Source: Sphagnum compactum
Lineage: Eukaryota
Direction: 5' to 3'
Assembly (NCBI GenBank): GCA_965153455.1
Contig: OZ234493.1
Location: forward strand, 25,162,213 to 25,226,212
DNA: 64,000 nucleotides
Part shown: positions 40,660 through 54,700 of the stretch, in pieces
Position numbering within the stretch: position 1 is the stretch's first letter
Layout of the letters: each line of letters begins with the position of its first letter
Notes under the pieces: model-generated
Database searches by the model: none
Told to the model about the DNA's origin: nothing
What the model saw: the letters and a program-made list of their open reading frames with translations, nothing else
Program-made: the position numbers and the translations under genes

Positions 40660-41815
40660 GTTCTTGAATGGGGTTTTTGATGAAGAAGTGTACATGGCTC
40701 AACTTGATGGCTTGATGGCTTAGCAACTCCTGGCTTTGAACACCTTGTTTGTCAACTTCATCGTGCGTTATATGGTCTCAAACAAAGCCCCCATGCTTGG
40801 TATTCTACAATGGATTTTACCCTACTCCAAGCCAACTTGATCAAAAGTTGAGCCGATTCCAATATTTATTACCATTGAACTACAAATTTGATCATCATTT
40901 CCTTATAATGATGAACATGGAGTATAGTTCAACTCAAGTCTCAATTGATGGCACAATTTTGTATGACTAACTTGGGCCTAATGCAAAAGTATCTTGGTGT
41001 CGAATTCAAGTGCACCATGCATGGTTTCTTGTTTCACCAAACATCTTATGCCCGAAGTTTCCTTAATGAATTCCACATGGTTGATTCCGCACCAACTCGC
41101 ATTCCCATCCATGAAAGCACATGTATTTAACACGATATTGGCATTGAACCGATCAATGTTACTCTTTATTGGTGGATAGTAGGTAAACTTCATTATCTAA
41201 CCAAGACTCAACCTAACTTTCAATATGTCATCAACATTGTTAGTTGGCACATGCATGCATCTCAAATTGAACATCTTCATGTTGTTTGATTGATGTTTTG
41301 CTACATCCAAAAATACCCATCACTTGGCTTTTTCTTTGGAAAGGGGGAGGATACCCAACTCCAGGGATTTTCTAATGTAGATTATGCATCAATTTAGATG
41401 ACCAAACCTCCACAACAACTTACATTTTCTTCCTTGGTTCTACATCCATCTCATGGTGTTGTTGGAAACAAAATTTGGTTTCATGGTTATCATGTGAATC
41501 TAAGTATCGATCATTAGCAAATTGTTGTGAAGTTGAATTACATGAACTAGGACTAGACATGAGTGCCCCCACAACAATCATGTGTGACAATCACAGTGCC
41601 ATTAAACTCTCTACGAACCTCATTATTCATGATAAAACAAAGCATTTTGAAATAGATTGGCATTTTATACGAGAAAGTAGAAAAAAATAGTTCAGGTTGA
41701 TTTTATCAATACAACAAAGCAACCTGCTTATATGCTCACGAAGGCCTTAAGTCGAATCAAATTTGAAGCATGTAGAAGTAGATTCAATCAAAACAATGTT
41801 GAGTTTGAAAGTTAG
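40660..41815 (+). mobile_element. Degenerate Ty1/copia reverse transcriptase-RNase H (5'-truncated)
   Basis: FLNGVFDEEVYMAQ, LVCQLHRALYGLKQSPHAWY, MTNLGLMQKYLGVEF..HQTSY, SCESKYRSL, CDNHSAIKL..HDKTKHFEIDWHFIRE and QPAYMLTKAL, with stops and frameshifts. Candidate PPT+TGTTG LTR starts lie at 41946 and 42166. Confidence 0.92.
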
Positions 41816-44800
41816 ATAATGATCTAATGAGTCTATTCTTAAGTAGTTTCCTAAAAATTTGATTGGGATCAACAAAATTAAAGTGTGTGCAGGTGTGATT
41901 ACATTGCGAATGTAATTATGTCTTCTAATAAAGTGTGAAGGAGGATGTTGCTGACAATGTAAGAATGATGAAAAAGATGTTGTTAGATGACAAAAAAGAT
42001 GCTTAGATCATGCTAACAAAGACATTGGTGATCAAAAAGCATTGTTGACATCTTGCTAGGAGATATTGCAAAAGAAACATATCTATGGTGCCTTATTGTT
42101 TGATCTCCCGCATCCACCATATCTTGCTGATCAAAGGTGTTTGTGTATGATGAGCGTATGAGGGGTGTTGGAACCGATATACTCTTAGCTTAGTATCATT
42201 CATCCCTTGGATAGATTATGTAGGACTTTTAGTATGCATGTTATATTTAGAACGAGTCTAGGATATTTGTAGAGGCTTCTCTCTTTGTTTTGTGAACTGA
42301 TGTGTTCCTTTACGGTGACTTCCATCTGGGGTTAACATTAGTTCTTCATTCAAAATCTACTGAAATCCCTTGATGTACAAAGACGCCTTTTATTGTAGCT
42401 AAAATCTTCCTTTAAAGCAGCTCCACAGGTGCTCTGAGTATATGGCAATGGAACACAATATTTCCCAAAACCAGGATTAGTTTTTTTTTTTTTTTCTCCC
42501 AACCCCACACTAAAACTGACTACAAATGATCAGTAACCAATAATAACTATTAGCAACCCATTTGGACCAACCACCTGTCTAACAGTCTCTCCAACAATCA
42601 ACAACAAGTATTGTCCTTTGTTGGGTCTTTTCCTTGCCTTGATAATCTCGGGGAAAATGTCAAACCCAAAGGCATTGTGCTGAGCCAAAATTTATTGTCC
42701 AGGGCCATATACCTAGAACCTGTGGAGCTGCTCTTAAGCCCACTTTACACTAGGAGTTGAGGCTAATGTTCAACTCAAATCACTCATTCCTATTGGTGCA
42801 AAAGTTGAAACCTGCAACATATAGACACCAAATATATAATAATGAACTTTTGAAGAAGAAAAATATGGGCTTTTTTTTATGCTTTTATGTATATGCATTT
42901 CTATTTATGATTTTATTTGGGATATTTTGTAAGGATTCAATATATGATATATTAAAGCAAAAGGAACATAAACACAAAAATATTGATTGAAAAACATTAA
43001 CCAAAAAATAAATTATGGGCGTTTGAATGGCTTAAAATGAGTTCTATTTTCATAAGTTCATATGATAATCATTTTTGGGTGATTTAATACCAATGAAAAG
43101 GAAAAAGACATAATTCCAATGTCAACTAATGATAATATGTTCCAATACTTCATTTGCGCATACTTGTTGTTATGTAATCCCAAATCTACATAGGTGAAGA
43201 TTGAAATTTGAAATAACATTTTTTGGAACCATAATGAAAACATTGTTGTACTTTATTAACTATTACAAAATGCGTGAAAGGGAGTACACAATTAAAAGAA
43301 TATAGGGGAAAAAGAAAAATCAAAACCAACATCATGATTTAAAAAATTCATGCAAAAATGAAACGCTAAAATTAATTGACCAATATAGTATCTTTTATAT
43401 TGTTTAATTTTTTTTTAAAAGCAAGAGAATGATGATTCTTTAAGGTGACCAAAAAAATTGTTCTAAGTAATTTCTATAAATTTTTGGATTAAAAATATCA
43501 CAGGTAACAATTCTAAAACATGATTATAACATTTTTTTAATGGATTTTTAAAAAAATAACAATAAATGTTCATGATTTCAAAAGGCGAAACAAATGTAAT
43601 TAGTTTTGTATGGTATTTAATAGGTATTATATCTTTGTTCAAAACAACACACCTTCCTTTCACCACATGAAAATACTATGTTACATACATCACTTTGTGC
43701 ATAAAATTAAGCCACGGATAGGTAACACTTATGTGCATATTTTGATGTGTATTGGCTCTAATAGAATTAACAATAACCCATTAGGATGTTTGGAATTTGA
43801 TTGAATTGAAAAACATTATCCACCTTTTAAAATACCTTTTTTTTGGGGGTCTATGACTAGTGCCTTATAAAGTTTTCAAGTGGAAAAGTTAATGATCAAA
43901 TGACATAATGCCCAATTTTTTGGCTTTTGCATGGTATTTACCTTATTCCTTAGTGAATATTTTGGAATATTTGTTGGAAATAATAAAAGGCACCATGTGT
44001 CTAAGGTTTTGAATTGTGCATGTAGCTCTCCCTCAATTCATGATTGTATAAAATACAAGTTATGTGAACCCATCAATGTGACTTCTTTTTCAATTATGGC
44101 CTCCATTTTGCAACTAATCCATAGCCAATTTAAAAGAAACAAACCATTGAATTACTTTACTTCTTTTGTCCACCATAAATAATAGCACCCAAGAAATACA
44201 AAAGAAGATGACAAGAAAAGTCACAAGATTTTGTTATGGTGGCCATGGCTTCAATGGACATTGATCCATTTGTTAGAACCCTTGTTCCATCTACTCCTTG
44301 AAATATAAAAATCTTTTGGTGCTATCTCTTTGTGATACACCTCGAGTTTGTGTCAAGGCCTTCATAATGAATTTGATGAAAGTTCCTTCTCTTAGTTCAT
44401 TCAAATGAAAACAATATAAGCATGTATGCAAAATCTTCAACGATGTAGGTGTGGATCTTGATCCATGAATGATCATCAATGATCATGACTTCATACATAC
44501 AATGCCAAAAAAAATACAATGTCAATGACCTTTTCTTACCTTGTTTGTGACTTTGTGATGTAAAAATTCAACAATAGTCCATCACTAATGGTTTTCCAAT
44601 ATTTTTTAGACATTTTGGAGAACCCCAGTGTTGAGAAAAAGGGCCAAATCTCTTCATACTTTAGCATGGGTCATGCCTTGGTGAAAAATGAAACACAATA
44701 GTAAATGTTGATGTTTTTGCATTTTTTCCCCTATTTTGAGTGCCATTTGAACTTTCAAGATCAAGTGAAGACTTGCCCATCTACAATTCAAAAACCAAAA

Positions 44801-47800
44801 CCTTCAATAAAACACAATATATAATTTAATCAAAAATCAAAATAGGGTCCCAAAAGGAATATGCATTCGTTTTAAGTTAAAAAGACGATAAGAGCTTGCA
44901 TAAGTGTTATTCTCATTTTTATTATGCCCAAACATGGATTTGATGATTAAACCATCTTCTGACTGTTGTCATAATGTAAGCATGTAATTGTATTTCATCT
45001 CAAATCATGACATTTCTATAAACTAAAGTCAAAATATGACTACATGACTACAAATATGATTATAAATACTTATGACTATAAATACAATTAGTTGATTAAT
45101 AGATTAGTTCACCTAGCTTTATTTGATTAAACTCTAATTGCCACACGATAATTCATAAATGGTTAATAAATATTTTGAGTGTATCATGTGCTACCATGTG
45201 GGACCAAAAAATTACTAAAAATTTATATTTGTATTTTAAAGATTAAATCTCAACCATTAAATATGTTATCCATGAACGTGATAAATATGACTATAGTCAT
45301 GAAAGGACATAGTTGCAAATAATGATTATGGCTATGACCATAGATATGATTTGAGACATATATGGCACAAATATATTAAACTACATAATTATGTAATCAT
45401 ACCTAATTATATATGGTGGTTAAGACTACAATCATTTTTAATTCTATATGCCATGTTTTGGCGTAATGTTTTTACATGGACACAATGCTTATGAACATAC
45501 CATTCCCCCTTAGCTTAAATGGTAAACATATCCTTAGTGATTTTTTCTTACTTGCATATTTTTCCAAATTGTTAGGTTCTAGTGTGAGCAATACATCCTT
45601 CCCCTTCACAAATGGACAATAATTATAATTCACATTATGGACATGTCCATTTTTGCCATGTAAAATTACAACCCAAGCAAATTTGTGCAACTAACTTTCA
45701 TATCATTTTTTTAAAGATTATACATATATGGAAAGGCACAATAGGCAAGGCAACAATAGGGTTGTTCATGATAAATGTTATTCCTCCTATTGTTTTTCCT
45801 AAGAGCTTCATTTGTAGTTGTTGAACCCGAAGCACCTTTTGAAGACCTAAGGCTTTACGGATTGTAGAATTGGAGGAACATTGGCTCACAAAAGGAACTA
45901 TAACAATGTCATATAAGGGAACTTCAAGATTGTGACAAATATCAAAACAAGTTTGTGAGTTGATTTTGGTTTTCCATTGTGTTGCATTGCTCATATAACC
46001 TAGCCCCAAACCAATATATGGACAGTTAAAACACAAGGTAAGGTCAAAGAAAATAAAAACAACATAAGTTTGGCCAAAAAGAGAGGAACCAAAGAACGAT
46101 GAACTATATAGTTTGGACTCCCCATGTAGCTCTCTCAAAGAATACAAAGCAAACACATATTTGCATTAGGTGGCATTACATCCATGATCTCAACCTTAAG
46201 GTGTCTTAGCCATTCTTTCATTGCTTCCACCTTTGACAACAAATTCACAAACTCGCTCCTCAAAAATTGAAACAACACTATCCACTATCCCACTTCTTGA
46301 CATTATCATTCTTGGATGTTATAGCATGTTGAAACTTGCAACTAAGAGTGGACCACATACTTATGAATGTTATACGTGTGAGTGATGAGCTATAAGTGTT
46401 AGAGAATCCAAGGATAATTGTTGTTCAGTTGTGTAGATGGTAGCCCTAAGTGGCAATGTGTAACCTTTACCTAAAATATTTAAGGTGGTGATAGGACCTT
46501 CCCTAAAGTATCTAGACCTAGAGTATCTAAATGTAAATAACATGGCTAATGTATGAAAACACTTCTAGCAATGTTAGGCAATAGAGAAGGTAGTGGATGT
46601 AGCATTGTGCCTACTATTGTTGGGAGAACAAAATAATTCTGGTTAAGACTTAATTACAAACCTTCCATTTCACTTAATGCTTTTGCTTAAGTTAGTTTTT
46701 AAGAAAAAATTAGGCAAATTTTAGCCACCAAAAAAAGACCAAGTAGGATTGGAAGGCTCACTTGATGGCTGGTGGGTAAACCCCAACACTCAAAGTGTGC
46801 AAACTCAAGGTTGATCACCAAACTTTGGGTCAAGTGCATTTGCAATTAGTAAATTAGGAATGAGCTTTTAGGGGGAAATGACAACTTCCATAGTGAGCGG
46901 CCCTTTTCTAATGGTGAAATTTGGCCCGAAAATAGGAAATAGAGACGAAGAAATTGAAACTGAATTGATTCTTGTTGATTTCAATCATCAATTTTTCAAG
47001 AATAATGAAAGTCACCAAATTTGTGTATTTTTGTTCCAGTATGATTGAAAAATTTATGTGTGATTTTTCATACTTCATATCTGGTTCATAGCCAGATTTG
47101 CCTATGATTAATCACCACTTTGGCTACACCACAAAAATAATTAAAAAATCACTGGAGCCAACAAAGCATTTAATTCTGAAACTGAAGGTGGTGGCTAATA
47201 TCTTTTGTTTTCCTCAAAATTCAAAATAATGGGTGGGCAACAGTAATTGGGATTTTTAAAGAAGGAAGAAACATTAAACCTTCTGTTATTTTTCTTTTCC
47301 CCCCCAAAATAAATAAATAATTACTCCAAATCATACTACTAGCAGAACAACCACCATTGAAAGGGCATGACTGGTGTGTAATATTCCAAAGTGAAGATAT
47401 TCGGAACAACTTTCTGCTGCCATTGGTTGGAGTAGCATAACAACCAATCTTTAAAAAATAACAAAATCCTCTTTGTTGTATTGAAATGTCCAGGTAGCAA
47501 CTTTGGCTTGATGCTAGCTTTCGGTTAACATACTCCATGTTCTCTTTGTACTATAGGGCCCATTCCAGCATAGAACACATGGGGCCCAACATGGTGAGCC
47601 ATGGTTCCATTATGTGGTAATGGGTTCTTCCAAGGCATGTTCCAAAGCATAACCAATTTTCTCACTACCTATTTAAATTGCAGTTTTGTTCTCAATCATT
47701 GATTTGATTAAACCAAAGGTTGATATCTGACAAAGATTCGTAATGCATTTGGAGGATCACTTACTGAGTGTAAGAACCCATGGGCCATTTCGGAAGACAG

Positions 47801-48826
47801 ATTGCCCACACTTATGAGCATTTCATTTTCCAAAATGCCCCAAGTCATTTTTTTCCCCCCCATGATACCATAAGTGTTTCATGAGAGAACTTTTGCCTGA
47901 GAAGTAGATCCGGGCAAATTGGCTACTTATTGGCCAAATGATGTGCTTAAAGCTAATGCTCAAATCAAAAAGTTAGGTTTTGAATTCACAATGAATTTTT
48001 AAGGAAGCCAAATTCCAAATAATAATTCCTTTTGTAAATGAGTGATCTTTTCTTCTTCTTTTGTAAATTCAATGATCTTGGAACTTGTTGTATTGGATTG
48101 GAGGTTGTTGACGAACAAGTTGTACCTATATATCTATTTTTGTGACATGTTCCAAAGGTGGACGCAAGAGGGGATATATCATTTGCATATCACACCAACC
48201 TTTCTTTAAATAGATGACAACACTAAGAGCAATTGTAAGATGGATTCTTCTAAATTTGACAAACAACAAAAGCATTAGGCATCAATTGGAAATCAAAATC
48301 TGACTACCACAAAGTTGATGGCAGCATCTTGATCACAAAATGGACAAAAAAGTTAAGGAATCTCTTTCTTAGCCTTTTACATTTGAATGAAATTATCTCT
48401 GCAATTTAGCTATAAACATTCCTAAACAACACTTGATCATAGCCCATTTTGTGGACTTATTAAGCCTTTGCTTTCAGATTGGGGTTTGTGAGCCAATTGT
48501 CTAACAAACAGGAACATTTGGTCAAGTTTTGAGTTCCATGTCCCTAAGATCCATGCCTTTGCCATAGCCTTGGCCAAATATGATGATGATGAACATAGTT
48601 CCAAATGTAAATTGTTGATAGCCAATGAAGTGAGGCAAGCATGCACCCAACCAAGAGCCCCTAGTTTATTTTCTTTGGGGGTCGGGCGGGGGAGATGAAA
48701 ATTATTCTACTATTGGGATTATGCAAAGTGAATATTTTTGTTGGTGGTGGGTCAATCAGTGAGGCCCATCACCAAAAAAGAAATTTACCTTTGGATGTGA
48801 ATCACTTGGATGTATATCATTCTAAA

Positions 48827-49012
48827 GGTGCATTCACACTTAGTGTTAGGGACTCTAGTGTTGAGTCCCCTAACACCATGCTAGTCATTTAGAACTTACA
48901 CCTACTTACCATGAACATTTTATAGTTAACATTCACTTAACATTAAGCTGTCGACCATTTAACATTGGTTACCACCTAGGATGCCACCTAGATTTTCATT
49001 TAACACTGAGTT
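48827..49012. mobile_element. Small MITE-like element with an internal hairpin
   Basis: GTGTTAGGGACTC-TAGTGTT-GAGTCCCCTAACAC hairpin (48843-48876); ACTTAGTGTTA and TAACACTGAGT form inverted ends. Confidence 0.45.
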
Positions 49013-51410
49013 AACAAGAAAACCCTATAATTGCAATCCTTCATGCACAGCAAGACCCTACAATTGCACACCCTATAAGTTACTTAAGATTAGTAAGCAT
49101 TTCACTTACAAGAACCCAAGTGTTGTTATCCAAGATAGGAAACACAAGTGTGTGAAAGATAGGGTTTTTGTATGCAAGGAGAGAGAACAAGGGTGCATGG
49201 CAATAGGGGACCTGGTGTGTAATGGTAATAGGGGAATTGAAATGATAGAGGTCCCTTTACACATGGAAATGTAAGGAAATATATGCGAAACAACACAAAA
49301 TCATATGCCTGATAAACTTTCTATTTGCCAATTATGGGCAATATTTTCATTATATATGAGTTATTTAATTTTAATTTTTGGGGGTTAGTGGGTTGTCTCC
49401 CTTTGCTGAAAATTGATGCAGAAATTCAATAAATATGGATGAAAACATGGATGGACGTGTTGAGATATTTTCATCCAGTTCTAGGATCCCTGCAACCCTA
49501 TTATGCTAATAATCCATGCCAATCTCCTAAATGGCAAATGTAAAAAATATCAGGAAAACACTAAATATCACTTCTGTGCTAAGACTGTGCCTACCTTGTC
49601 ACGAAAATAGTAAGACAACAATACCCTAGTACCTTGGCCAATTTAACACTACTTATATTGTTTTCAGACATGTTGAAATTGGTCCAAAACAGGTGCCATA
49701 TTAGCCTCAATTTGCCACTTTTTGGTCTTGGACCCTTGTCTAAAGTCCTTGGGACCAATTTAAAGCTTTCGACTAGTAAGATTGCTTCAATCCATTTGTC
49801 TCTGGACCTTGGACCCTTGTCTAAAGTTGCCCTTAGTTTCACAACATGTTTTTCCATTATTTATTTACAGTGCACACAAATATACCTCTGTACCAGCGTT
49901 TTCTTTTTCTTTTTTTTCAATTTTGTGGTTTGTAAACTTTGTTGATTTTTTCCATTTTTTTCCATTTTTTTCTCAACTTCACACTAGTAAAACGGATTTT
50001 CCCAATTTCTTCAGAAAAAAAATTGTAGCCACAGTGCGACAATTCCCGAAGAAAAATCACTGCTCTGTACAGTGGTTTTTCCACTCTGGATTTATTTGCT
50101 ATGACCGTCCATGTAATTTTTCCTTCTGCCCCCAGGCTCCTCCAATCATAGCCACTGGCCAGGGCGAACCTAAACTGATACACTCGCCATCTTGAGTGAG
50201 GCCTCTTGAGTTTAGGGTTTGGGTTTGTAGATTCAGAGACCCTGATTTTGTCTAAGGACGCTACATATATCTAGAATGTTTTGAAGCTGACCCCAAAAAC
50301 TTTGGGATTTTCACCGTGGTTCTAATGTAGGCCAGGTTCACCCAACCAAGGCAAATTGACCCACCAAAGCCCATTTCAATTGCTCGTAAGTATTCTAAAT
50401 ATTTATAAATGTCATTACCATAGACTAAATCAGGGTCCCAAAGTCCAAATCTATAAATTTTGGGGCCTAATATGGCCATTTCAATGGGTTTTGGAGATTT
50501 TTACAGTGATCCTAATGTGAAGGTCAATTCACCCTGGCCGGTTCGCCCAAGGCCCAATGAATCATGCATTGCCTGCAACATGAGCTCTGGCAGAGCGCTT
50601 CAATAATGCACTGGCTGAAATCAGCCAACAGCAGGAAACGTGTGGATCACTAATTTGTTGGGTCAGTTTTGAGATATAGCCCAAGTGGCTATCATCGGTA
50701 GGAAGATTTAGTCAGATTTGGCTATGAGCTAAATATGGCATTCGAAATTTTTTAACATATTTCTCTTTTGTTGGCTACCTACTTGAAACCCATGTGTGGA
50801 ACTCTGACGATTTTTCTTTGAATTTGGTTGAATTTTGGCTATTGAGAATCTCAAAAAGCATTTGATTTTAACACTTTTTTAATTGATGACTTAGCTTTTT
50901 TTCAGCTCTGGTTTTTTAGTAAAAGAAAGGTCGGTGTGTGGATGTGAACAAAAGTCATGATGATAATCATGGGCCAAGAAATCGGTAAAGCGCAGATGCT
51001 ACAGTCTGAAGAGTCCTGGCAAAACCCTTCTAGAAGTTTCTGGGGGAGGAGAAAATGAAGAAGAAGAAGAAACATCCGGGAGAAAAGTCGAAAAAGGAGT
51101 AAGAAAAGAGAGTGGGAATTCCAGGGAGATCGTGAAGAGGAAAGGGGTTGATGTTTTTTGGGGAGATCTAGTGGAAAGATCAGCTTAGCTTGCGGGAATC
51201 TGTGATGTGAGGGACACCCATCATACCTTGGGTATGCTATTGGGATGGCAAAGGATTTGTAGCAGGTTTTATGAGAGCAAAAGGTTAAGAGAAAAATATT
51301 TTTGAGAGCAGTGAGCAAAAGGAATTTCAGTAGTGCGAAATATGGGAAATTCATATGGCCTCAAGGGAAAAGGAGTTGATCTTTCACAAGCGCCACCAAA
51401 AAGAAAGAGA

Positions 51411-51716
51411 GATGTTGGGCGGATCCCTGCTGTGACTGAGACACCTTCGGTCCCCACTGAAAATGCTCCTTCAAGCTTTGGATGGCACAGCAATGTGGTG
51501 CTTCTTCTTAATTTTATGATGAGCTTTCTTTGCACAGTTTTTTCTTGGGCTTTCCCATGTAAAGATATTGTGCAAATACCTGCTGCGATTGAGACACCTT
51601 TGGTCCCAGCTGAAAATGTTCCTTCAAGCTCTGGATGGCACAGCAATGTGGTGCTTCTTCTTACTCTTATGATGAGCTTTCTTTGCACACTTTTTTCTTC
51701 GGCTTTCCCAAGTTAC
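51411..51716 (+). repeat. 153-bp tandem duplication in the 5' region of the HNL gene
   Basis: GAT-TTG-GC..CCTGCTG..GAGACACCTT-GGTCCC..TGGATGGCACAGCAATGTGGTGCTTCTTCTTA..GCTTTCCCA at 51411 and 51564. Confidence 0.88.
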
Positions 51717-54700
51717 ATGTTGAAGTTTGATTTTTCTTTGCTTTTTAAATTTGTTTGGGTGTTGACAATTTTCCGTGACCCATACAACCACCATAGCTTA
51801 TTGTCCTCACAAAGCATCAAGAGAAGGAGGTCTAGTTCAGATTTGAACTCCCAGCCAACAGCTTCGCAACCATACCCTTTAGCCACTAGGGTACCTGAAT
51901 GTCCTAAATCATTTACAAGCTTCCTTGCCATACATTTTCACTTTGCCTACTTTCCAGTTTGTTTGTTTAGATAAAAACGATATGAAATGATGTTTTAAAC
52001 AGTAGGAAATTTAGTCATCATTATAGCCTCTTACATTAGGCCAGCGACTCACTTGCTAAAACAAGTAGAATTGGTGAAAGGGAAATTCGTCAATTGGCAC
52101 TGACTAAAAATATATTGAACTTGTAAGGATTGGAACTTTCCTTATAGATTTTGAGTTAGGTTCAATGTGTAGTCTTAATCCAACAACCTAAGGCAAATTA
52201 TTAAACTGCTCTTGGACATTCTTATTTGGGTTTGTGTCCCAATTCCTTAGAGGTCGGAGGCCTTAGTGGCCCAAATGTTGGGGAAAATGTCATGAAATAC
52301 AAATGAACCAAACTAGATGGCTTAGTCAATCGACCCAAACTTGAAAGAATCCAATTCTGAGAATTAACCTTTTATTGATCGACATATGTTCCACCTACTA
52401 TGTAAAAGTATTTACTTAATTGAACTATGTTTTGAAACTTTGACACATGTGAATGATCTTCATTTGTTAGTCATGCAAGAACTATAATTTGTATATTGCA
52501 TTTCTCCAATTTATTGTATAGTCAAATAATTTTCAAGAGATGTTTGAACAATTGTGTTGACTCTTTTTCATTTTCTTTGCAAAAATATATAGTGCATGAT
52601 TTAAATCCCACTTGCAATACCAATAATCCAAACTTGACCATCGTTTTTTTTCATTGGATTGCTTTTGGCACAAATGATGAATGGAAAGAAACATGGACAA
52701 CATGCCCCACCAACAATAGAGAAGAGTGCATATGTTGGCCAGAAAAGTGGCTACCCGAAGACTTGAACAACAATGTTCGAATTTTATCATTGTCTTATGA
52801 TTCTAAAATTGTGACAAGTGTTCACAATGATGTGATTGAAATTGGCAAAAACCTCATTCAAAGTTTGGTTACAAATTCAAGGTGTGACAATCTCTTCTAT
52901 TTAAGGACACATTAATTACTTCTCCTTATGTATATTAAAGAAAATTGTTTAGATCTTTAGAATTTCTTAAATGTTGTGCATGAGTTTATTGTTCATGTGT
53001 ACTAGTATTGTGATACACACCAACAAGTTTCAATTTATTTGAATTGTTAGATTAATGTAGGAGAACATAAAATGGGGCTTAGGTTCAAATGTTCTTGTTT
53101 GAAGATAATAACAAAGTCTATGTTCATATTATAAGTTCATGGTACAACTAGTTTGGTTTTGATGGCAAGTTTTAGGTCGAGCTTTTTGGAGCTTTATCTT
53201 TGGTAATGGAATTGAATTAAATTAAATTTTATTAATACATGTGTAGAAAATTTGCATCCATTTCATTGCAAAAAATAATTTCAAAAAGAATGTATCTTTT
53301 TTTTAAAAATTTCTTTTTGTTTCAACAATATTTCCAAGGTAACACAGAAGATGAATTGTGCATTAACACAAGAACGTAAACGCCTACATACTTGTACATT
53401 ATAATTGTTTTACCAAAACTTGGTTGTCACATTTTTTAGGTAAATTAATTCCAAATGACAAATGACAAACAAATCAATTACGAACTTATGGTTTAGGTCA
53501 TGTGTGAATTGGAAAATTGTCCCCAAGTATAATAGGACAAATTTGTACATGTTAATACAATGTTGATAATGGAATTTTATGCATTGTTGAATATTTTGTA
53601 GTTATCAATCGTTTTGGGATGGACCGGTGGCATTAATTGCTTATAGTTTTGGAGGTCTTATACTCAAAAGCTTGGTGGTTGAAGCTCACAAACATGTACA
53701 TCAAAGGTCAAAAAATAGTTTGGATGATGAAGTCCACAAATGTTGTAAGACATTTTTGAACAATGTTAAAGGTGTAATATTTTACGGTGTACCACATGTT
53801 GGCGGTACCCAATATTTATCAAATTATTTCATTTGGCAACATCAACAAATCAACACATTGAACAAGTGTGCAACCCAATCTGGTTTTTTAAAAAGTTTAA
53901 AATCTTTCAACCCACAAATGGAACACCTTTCAACAGATTTTAAAAATGTTATTCCTGAAGACGTCAACATTTATGCATTTGGTGAAGGATTACCACTCGA
54001 CAAAAATTAGGTAAGATTTTCATTTCACCACATCGAAAGTTATCCAACTAAGTTCATTAATTGAACATTTTTTTGTGTCGTCAAAATTCATGTGGGATCA
54101 TGTACTCAATACTTCTTAATACAATAATGTGGCGAATGGGTCATGTGTTTTATGAACTTTGTTTCATGAAATACTATTGATGGAAAGATAATTTGATTGA
54201 CTTCAAACATCATGAAATAGGTTTTAAATTTTTCCTTCATCAAATCACTTCCATATAAATATTTGTCATGAAAATCATATCATCATTAAAACATGTAAGA
54301 TTAATGAGATTAAAAACCAATAACTTTGTGATTTGCTTGCCAAAGGGTTGAAGGAAATTACTTTCACACAAAACATTTCATTGTTATTCAAACATCAATA
54401 GTTATTAAGCTATAGTTTCCACCACCATTTGGATTTACTATGTTACTTATAAGTTCAAGCATAGTTGAACAAACAAATCAATGAGTTCTATTAACTTAAT
54501 CTTTTGCTCATGCAGGGAATTTTAGTGCCATATGCCTCAGCTATTCAATTGTCAAACAACAACCATTATAGAATTGAAGATGCTAATCACTTGACAATTT
54601 GCAAGCCACCAAACAAAAATCATCCAAGCTATTAAAATGTTTGAGAATATGTATGGAGGTAAAAACATCAAATCTACGTCTTTTGACTTCATATATGTTC

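Noticed and set aside
43900-48650. Several 60-150 aa ORFs suggesting a gene or TE relic
   Set aside because: No recognisable domain or consistent exon chain could be built by eye; needs BLASTX.
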